Shown here: positions 51,034 through 64,000 of the stretch, piece after piece | Layout: every line of letters begins with the position of its first letter | Numbering within the stretch: the first letter of the stretch is position 1 | Assembly (NCBI GenBank): GCA_910592345.1 | Contig: CAJVPI010000024.1 | Span: forward strand, 1 to 64,000 | Source of the DNA: Paraglomus brasilianum | Taxonomy: Eukaryota | Length of the DNA: 64,000 nt | Reading direction: 5' to 3' | Notes under the pieces: model-generated | The model's input: the letters and a program-made list of their open reading frames with translations, nothing else | Database searches by the model: none | What the model was told of the DNA's origin: nothing | Position numbers and translations under genes: made by a program

Positions 51034-53451
51034 TTTGAAGGGGGCTGGTAAAGGTGAAAGATGCTTGCAATACAAATAAGCCGCGCTAGATCGATTGTGA
51101 CCGATTATAAGATGGTATTAATATACGCGGTAATACCGTACGTGTTTATTATTATATTTTTCGTCACCTGCTTTAGATTACAAAAAAAGTAAGTTCAGCT
51201 GTACTACTAGAAATTAGAAACTAACCTCGATAGGCCACCAGAAAAGTCACTATAAGCCTGAAACACAGTCAATTTGTCGACACTAGATAGCTATGCGAGA
51301 GAATGACTGTACTATTACAACGTATACCTCATTATATGCATCCAACTTGACTTGTAGGCGAGCAACTCAGTACATACAAGAATACTAATATCATTAACAT
51401 ATTATATTTATATGATAACATAATGGTTTAACTTATATTAGAATGACGACTTGCGTTTAATTGAATATGTTATGAAGGAATGAGTTGTCCCCGCCTTGAA
51501 TGTAAATGTACTTATTTATTACATCATTAAACATCGTATATTATGTTAATAATATCCTAGCTATGTCTCCATACTACGTTCTCTCTAGAACATTTTTTAT
51601 TGAACGGGTTTTTCTTTCTACTATTAACTTTGCCTCCAATACAGTTTAATAATTATTTCAATTATGGATAATATTACTTTACATTATGATTAAAGGGCAA
51701 AAGCTGCTTAATCGATCAGTGAAAATAATAGCTCACCCGTGACATGTTTATAGCGTGACGACTAGTTGCGTTTGTATCCTAGAAATATAATGTAGTTTTG
51801 TTGCCCCAGAGGTCTTCGATTCATCAGCCGCGCAACTTTTCGATTCCCAAGCTTCTCCAGTATTACAGTAAAACCGTTTTTTTTTATGCTCGGAATTAAA
51901 TGTGCGCAATTTAACCAAAAATTGAAGTAATTCTGTCCTGTAAATTCTCCAGATTGTTTCGATATGCTATAAACATTGAAAGACTAAAATTATTTTGAGA
52001 TGGGTTAAAATTCGCAGCATACAAGTTATTCTAGTCAATTTATTTAATAAATGGACGGAACAGCCAATTATGCCTGGATAGAATTTATGGCATAAGTAAA
52101 AGAAACGTCAAAACGCGAAAAATTGGCTGAACAGAATCAATGATGGAGTAATCTGACCAGAACAGACTATAATTCGATTTTTTAACAACTAAAGTAAAAG
52201 GAGAGCGTATTTCAAATTGGCTTCTCACATATAAACGAGCCATTATTTGTGCTATTTGTTATAGAGGTTAATAACGGACATTTTTGTAATTACACACACT
52301 GTATGATTACATCACTTTCTAAACATTTAAGTAAAACACATCGCGTGATGTTAAGAGTTGCACTATCCTAATAAGGTTTTATGTCCTAATTGGGAAAAAA
52401 GATGAGAACAATAATATTGCTATTAAAAAGATCATGAATCAAACGAACTTGCGTTCACGTATTCACAAACCCAGAATGGTGTCAAGATGAATAATGATAA
52501 GGTGAATACTATTATTCCAGAAAAGAGTACTTCGTTACGATCCCGCCATGTAATATTATGCGGGTTACAAATAGTCATTGTTATGTAAAATGGAAAGGAT
52601 TGGATTACAGTCTTGACGCGCATCAATAGTAATAGAACTTTCGATTCAAGCCGTCTCAGGAATCTAGGTAATTTCCCTAGATGACTTTCCAATGAGCCTC
52701 GACTAGCATGGTTGTCCTAAGGAAATAGGTCTGAATACAGAGCCGAGTGTGGCTCAAACCGATGTGGCTGTCCTCACCTTTTTCTATCGGTTTTATACGA
52801 GGTTGTTGCTTATTATTATTATTGGCCAATTCATAAATTCAGTGTATAATAATTGATTCCACAAGTGTTTTAACAACAAGAATTTATCTTGCAATTGCCT
52901 TTTTACAGAAAATGACTCTACAAAGAACACTGTTATTTATAAGAGGCAAAAAAATACGAAGCCTAATACTAAACTATGTTATCATCATGAAGGTCACAAC
53001 GTATACTATTACTATCATCCAAAAACTACAATGAGAGTGTGTACTAGATGCTTGATGTAAATAAGAAATGCTACAAAGTAATAAACCTACCAATCTGTGA
53101 TTGACGTAATGTATCTATTTGATCATGAGAAATCTTCGACCTCAGTATATGTAGAATTGATAAGATACGAATGTACGTATTAGCATTAGTATATAAACTC
53201 GCCAAAATCGAACGTTGACCAATGAAATTGCAAAAATCAGGTCACGTTCTATTCCGATAATTTGTCGGTTTATCGATCTATTGATTTCCCTAATTCGACT
53301 TCTTGCTGACGCTTTAATTAACTATCACACATACCCTCGAGTGAACTGAACAGGATTATGTGCAAAAGACCTTTAACATTCATCTTAGGTCCGCAGCCAA
53401 TAAGGAACATACTATCCGAATAGAAGACGAGGGCCTGGGGGTTAATTTACA

Positions 53452-54544
53452 ATGAACACGCAACTTTCTCGAGTTGGAATGCTGGTTATTGACTTTGATG
53501 AAACAGTCACACTCGAAGACACGACTTGTGAAATAGCCAACCTCGCTTATAATAAAAGAGCCAGAAAAAATATTTGTCCCATGACCATAATAGAGAAAGT
53601 AAACGATAGTAATAGAGCGAGATTTGGAAGTAGGAAGCAGTCACGGTCCCTCATACTGCAGTCCCACCCACAGCAACTCCAACAAATTCAAACCTCAAGC
53701 GACTATCCATATCCTTGTCCGCCACCTTGGTCTTTTTTTGTAAACCTTTACTTCAAAGAACGCGCCGATTTCATATTGAAATGGCGTCAGAATAATCCTC
53801 ACTACACGCTCAATGATTTCTACTCTCTTCTTTCGTCTCTCTCCCTTGTCGAGAACAATTCTCTTGACCGCGTCGAATCCTACCATTGTCTTACTGGTAT
53901 TTGTGCCTCTGAGCTTTATTCATGTGGGAAATGTATTCCCAAACGTCCAGGCGTGGTCGAATGCATACGCTCTTTTATTCAAAAGGACAATCGAAGCGTA
54001 TACGTATTAAGTACTAACTGGTCGAGTGACCTGATACTGGGCGCGTTGAGTGATGTAGGTGTGGAGAGGAGTATAATCATGTCTAATGATTTGGACTTTG
54101 ATTCGAAGGGTGAATACGCGACCGGGAAGATTACAAGAAACGTGGTGACGGGTACGGACAAGCTGAAATTATTTAAAAAGTTGACTACATCCAAGGGAAT
54201 GTTGACTGTCTATGTTGGTGATTCCGATACCGATCTTCCGTGTCTATGTGAGTATTAGTATGAGAGTATTGTTGCCTAAATTGGGTGTTTATATATATGA
54301 GACGACCGAAGCAGTCATGTGCATATTTAATAATTCTTTGCATCTACCAATCTAACTCACTACAGTGGCAGCTGATGTGGGCATCGTGATGGGAAACAAC
54401 TACTCTCTAAAGAAGAATTGTGAAAGAATTGGAATTGAACTTGTCGATGGTTTGAGCCGTGTGACTGCAGCTACAAACGATAAAAGAGAATTATATAAAG
54501 TGAAAGATTGGTTTGAAATAAAGGAGAGCGGGTTATTGAGATAA
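53452..54544 (+). CDS. HAD-superfamily hydrolase, Cto1/YCR015C-like, 2 exons
   Basis: Motif I DFDET, motif II LSTNWS, TGTDK, motif IV YVGDSDTDLPCL, then exon 2 LAADVGIVMG. Confidence 0.87.
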
Positions 54545-55173
54545 AAATCCGCGCGCCAGCAGCTATATGAGTTAGTTAATGTCGAGGAACCTTTCACAAT
54601 TATATGTATACGTATATTTTCTCGCTTTCCCATTTTCTGTGTGCCATATGATAATAAGTGTTTATATACTGCGGATAAAATTCATAATACAGATTCTACG
54701 TCATACATACAAATAATGCTAACTCGAGACAAGTTAACACTTTGATCACGGAAGAAACAACTTAGTCTCTAACTCATTATCCTTACTATCAATTAAAGTT
54801 GATACATTCTCCCCTTTGCTAAATTGTAAAGTCTTTTTGAATAGAATGTCAAGAATACTAGAATAAAGGAGAATAAACATCATAGCGAGATAGAAGAAAA
54901 AAAAGCGGAATCCATCGTCCAATTTAATAGACAATCTTCCCAATGTCTTACGTATATATAAAAACAAGAAGTTAATAGTTCGCAGAGGAAAGGAAAAAAA
55001 AAAAAAAAAAAGAAAAGTCCATTCACATAAAAGATTTACTCAGCCATCAATGCTGAAATATATCATCAATAAGCTATATAAACGATCAATAATAAGTAAT
55101 CAAGACAGCTCTGCTCTAAACAAAATCACTGTCACAGTTTTTGAACGTCCTTGCTGTACCAACAATCTCAATC

Positions 55174-59284
<4,111 letters not shown>

Positions 59285-62200
59285 TTGTTTAGGAAATAAC
59301 CCAAAGCTGGGGGTGGGGCAAAAGGTAGCACTTTAGGGGAAAGGGTACTGTCGTCGTTCGTCAGCACTCGTTATTTAGAATTAATGGGCGGTAAACTACG
59401 AGTTTCTATATCAGAAGAGGAGAAAAAAATTGAATAGAGAGTGAGTAAAATTGCCGATTTAGTACTGTTAATTAAAAACCAAGATTAGAAACTGTTTGTG
59501 ATAAAAAAGTAATTCTAATTGAAATAATTATGGTAATTAAAAATTAGCGTTATTGTGATACTGGTTGATAAAAGTAAAAAGAACAGCTGTCAATGCGATA
59601 GCTTATAATGCTCTGCTGGTGCGTTCTGTGCTTTGCTTTTTATAAACAAAAACTTGTGGCTAACTGTTTTCCCACCCGGATAACGAAGTAACAGCCTAAT
59701 TAATTTACTGGAATAGTTGTCGCAATCGCTTTAAAGAGTCGTTATCAACAGGTAATGTGTGTAACGGATCTAATGAATTCTGTTGACTCTGGTTGCTTAT
59801 TGCCAGCTGCGTATACGATTTCGATCTATATTCTACGTCGAGAAGATGATGACAAGTCCATTTGTGGTGTTGTATCGTAACCCAGGTGAACACCCCAGCG
59901 ATAATAGTCGCCTGCCGGTAGTATCGAGTCTTCTTGCTTTTAGTCAGACAGGCTAGGGTTAAGAATGCTGTTTCTTGCCTCTATTCAGGATGTTACTTTG
60001 TTATTGGGTGTGAATTCCTATAGAGCCCACCGCAGAGCACTGCTATATATGCCAATAGGTCATGTTTTGATATAGAAATGAGGGAACACTTACGTTCTCT
60101 CTGCGCCTAAGGGCGAAGAAACGACGAGTGAAATTGGGATGTGAATTGGTTAGAGATCAGAATGGGTTTTTTTAGTTTCCGTTATGACAGGGATGTGTAC
60201 AACAAAGCAGCACTTTTGTGAAGGGGGTTGGGGGGCGGATGATGAATCAGTCCGGCAAGTGGATATGCCATTTAGAGTAATTTATTTTTACGAATTAATA
60301 GCGAATTTATTAAATACACAATAGTGTTAATAATATTTACCTAGCAATATCCTAATCCATTGCTTAGTTTGTAACGGTTGCAAAAGTTGCACGGTTGATT
60401 TCTAACTATTCACGTGATGCATTCAAATGCGTTAACATGTGTTTGAAAAAAGCCTGGATTTCCCGTTTTGTTTAAAGATTTGAGCCCTGGATCATTAAGA
60501 ACAAAAAACACGCCTTGGTAATGTACGTAATTATAATCACTGTAACCGCCATGTAATCTATAACTCTGAGAATCTGCCACTTTGCGTTGTAATTGTCGCA
60601 ATTTGTTAAATTGATTTGGGATAATCATAACGAGATAAATGCACACTTGACACAACATTTTTTAGCAACCACATCCTTAACGCCATTGTAATGATGCACT
60701 GCATTTGATTATTCTAATCGTGAAATGAGATGAATAGTCAAACTAACATTTTAAGCAAGATTAATATATAACGAGACCTTGCAAAAGATTAAATGTATGC
60801 ATACAGGTATCTTTTTATATGCTCACCAGGAAACTAATTTTATCTTTCAACTTTAAATGATACGCACAAGTTTGGATTGCAATTTATTGGTAAAGTACAA
60901 TTTTCGGCCGAGAATATATATTTATTTCCAACGGACAAATATCACGGTATTATGAATAACAGCAGAAATTTATGAATAGTCAATAAAATTTAATGGATTA
61001 TCTACGTAAGATATGCAGTTTTTTAACTACGTTGTTTACAAGAGACCTAGTTCATGTAAGCTGACCATCATCGTAGGAATACTATCGCCAATTATCTTAC
61101 TATTAATCGATCATTACTCACACACAGATTTTGACGGCATTGTTGAGCCATACTTTACTATATATGATGTTCACTGTATTGTTCCAAACTTGCCGATGAA
61201 GCAACGGCTCATAATGAACAAAGTGATTAGTTATATTACTAAAATCCGTATATAATAAAGTTAGAGAGGTTAGAATTGGACTTATAAGGCTTGTAACAGC
61301 CTAGCAGTTCTTTTTGCAGCAATCCAACACACTGTGTTCAAAACTTGCTTCTGTCGATCCAAACCGTATTTCCATGGCCAAAACGAGTTTCTTACTCGCT
61401 TCTGTTTTTACGTTATGAGCAATGCAATTACTCCTCGACAGGCAATACTTGTAAATCAAAGAATAACGAGTTTGTTCAAAGTAGGATACGACACACATGC
61501 AAGAGTACCAAAATAGTGGTTATTCAAAATAAGGTTACAATTGTAAGTAGAAATGAATACTGTAATATTTACTTTGCCTGGCGCTCTCCAACCGACTACG
61601 TGAGTAGTATTCAAAGTGTGAAAAGAAAAGGCGAGGCTAATGTTGTCTACTTCTAATTCCTTTTATTCATTTTCGGGAATGAAAGTGCTAAACTCTGTTG
61701 TATCAAAAATCAAATTTATTAAGCCATAATGTAAAGTGTTAATTAATATTTAAGACTAAAACTGGTGTGGTGGTGGAAGACTTTCCGGTGCAGTAAGAAC
61801 ATTGATGCCGCAAAAATTAAAGTTGCTTTTTATTTAATAAAGATACTTGGCATTCAAAATATTTGTTACTTTAATTTGTGTTCTCCTCATTGTTATCATT
61901 GTTAAATCTGCAAACTTAAATAAGACGATCTTCAAACAATAAAAAACGCACGCTAAATGCTCTTTGGCTTCTTGTATTTGGCCATGCAAATAGGCTGTGT
62001 CTTTGAAATAAACAGGTTAAATTGTGTCAATATGCGCAATCGAATATTCCAAGTTGCCGAGTTCAGGTTGTTGTGTCATTCTCTACAAACAATAAGATTT
62101 GCATGTTGGCACAAGTGACAAACTTTAGTCGCCATTCTGCCAACACTACAAACAGAAGCTGTGTAGATATGATATGCTTGACATATTAATATATTATACC

Positions 62201-63144
62201 TCTGTGAGATACTATTTGCATTGTGTATATCCAATACATAAATACGCTGGGTATGCATGTATTAGTATGTGCACACAATAGCCATATAACACACAGCCTT
62301 GCAATAGCGTCTGATTATCCGGTGCCATATCGTTATAGCTTGAATCGGATAATTAATAATCATAAATATACGTTATTTATTTATTTATTATTACTATCAT
62401 TATTAATTGTTTATTTATTTGTTTGTAAGTTATTTATACAATTATTTTATATTACTTCTTTATTCACCCGTCCAGTGATCTAGTATTTATTGTTTTAATG
62501 ATTCCCAAGATTATTATATACTCAAATTCGGGAGACGGAGTGTGTGTAACTGTATCAAATTTCAAGGAAACAAAAAATTTCGGTATATTGCCAGTGGTTC
62601 AAAGTCACATGCTACTTCAATTTGTGGAAGAAACTTGAATTTAGTTTTTACATCATTTATTTTGACTAATTCCTAGTCGGATGGTCAACTGTGGCTAAAA
62701 ACAGTCAGCTATAATCAATCGGTTGGCATAATTATGTTACATAACTAAGGCCCATCAAGCAATGCCCGCAAAGACTTGTATATGCTTCAGATACGGATGT
62801 TATTACGATTTTACCAAATTCTTCCGCTTTAGATAACTAAACCTAGCATGCGCCCGGCTCATCATCTTTCGAACTGTTTTACTATTAATTTTTCTTTTTC
62901 GTTTATGAGACATCTGTATGCTATTGTGTACTAGCTGAAATGCCTAAGTTTAGATGCTTTGGAAGCAGAAAGCAACATAAGTTTTAACTAATATCTGTGT
63001 TATAATATATAACACATAAAGCGCAAACACACAATTTACAAGCACTTTATACACTTTATAACTAAGCAACGAGGCTATGAATACTAATAAACGTGTCTTT
63101 GCGTGTCAAGACGTGTCAGGAAAAAGATAGTTGGCCAATTATAT

Positions 63145-63560
63145 TCAACCTTTCTCAACGATATATCGATCAAAAATTATGTGTTGGCTGAAATGCTGTA
63201 TTTGAATTACGTGTATTTTATCGATAAAATCAACCCTGATTGGGAATTGTATAATAAAGCTTAAGGCAACACTTCTTGAAGAGCCATCTTCGTTATACAA
63301 ATGAGTTGTTGTTTTGTCATCGCCTGGAATAACTGTCTTGAATTTTATATAGAACAAAAAGGTTGCCAATTTCATAATGTCGATTACGTACCCACGCAAC
63401 AATTTTCATACATAGTAAAGCATTCGGCGAGCTTGAGGCTACTTGAACTAGCTTTATAGCAAGCAGCAGCTCACACAGCACCGATAAAGTCGCTTGAGCA
63501 AAGTCCAACTCTATTATTACCGCTTTAGTTTATACATTTTGGAAAACGCTTCCAGAGTAT
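63145..63560 (-). pseudogene. Possible frameshifted gene remnant, unknown family
   Basis: Two overlapping minus-strand ORFs (63317-63508 and 63145-63402) read as protein-like and join with a frameshift. No motif recognised. Confidence 0.25.
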
Positions 63561-64000
63561 GAAGCATGTGCGGGCATTTGCTAGTATTGTCATCTTAAGT
63601 TGATATTCTAATAACAATTTAAAAAAATGGTAATTCAACCATACTGATTAATTTAATTCCAGGACAATTATGATATACAATGCGGACTGTTTTAAGGTAA
63701 GCGCTAATTGATAGGATATTAGAATTAAATTTATAGTCTAGAAGTTGATTGAAACTACACGTAAATTGCAAGACGTGTCTTTCACGCTATCGTCTTCCTG
63801 TATTAGCCACGTTCGTGATATTGTGGAGTTTGCATCTTTTTTCTACGTACGCATCGGAATAGTTGGTTTAAAAAAGACACAATGATGACAATACGGCGTT
63901 GGTTCATTATATGTATTTTTCGCATTTTGGTCAGCATGTCTACAATGGAAGTGCTGCTGCTAACCAATGAATTAGTGAAGCGTCTTTATTTGACTGATCA

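Noticed and set aside
59400..63100. Short ORFs upstream of the YTH gene
   Set aside because: No motifs, AT-rich random-like translations; treated as promoter, intergenic or decayed repeat DNA.

Overview
AT-rich, intron-dense eukaryotic DNA that looks like an early-diverging fungal nuclear genome (Mucoromycota, probably Glomeromycotina or a relative; this is inferred from intron style and from TE/pseudogene types). About 11 intact-looking genes: a ~39-intron MER3/HFM1 meiotic helicase, a cytochrome P450, a small secreted protein, TUL1-like RING E3, LENG1/Cir_N protein, FYV4/mS41, SLP1-like SUN protein, SHB17-like histidine phosphatase, DNAJC9-like protein, CTO1-like HAD hydrolase and a YTH-domain protein with a long polyQ/(QA)n tract. 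A partial polyQ gene sits at the left edge. Between them are decayed transposon and pseudogene fragments. The most interesting observations: (1) a decayed, intron-less, A-rich island at 25.3-27.3 kb with two paralogous gene starts around a transposase, and in-frame TGA at apparent Trp positions, suggesting Mollicutes-endobacterium-derived DNA; (2) a similar coiled-coil fragment inside a LENG1 intron; (3) a U12-type-like intron in MER3; (4) altered catalytic motifs in the P450 and the histidine phosphatase. All gene models were spliced by eye and no database searches were run.
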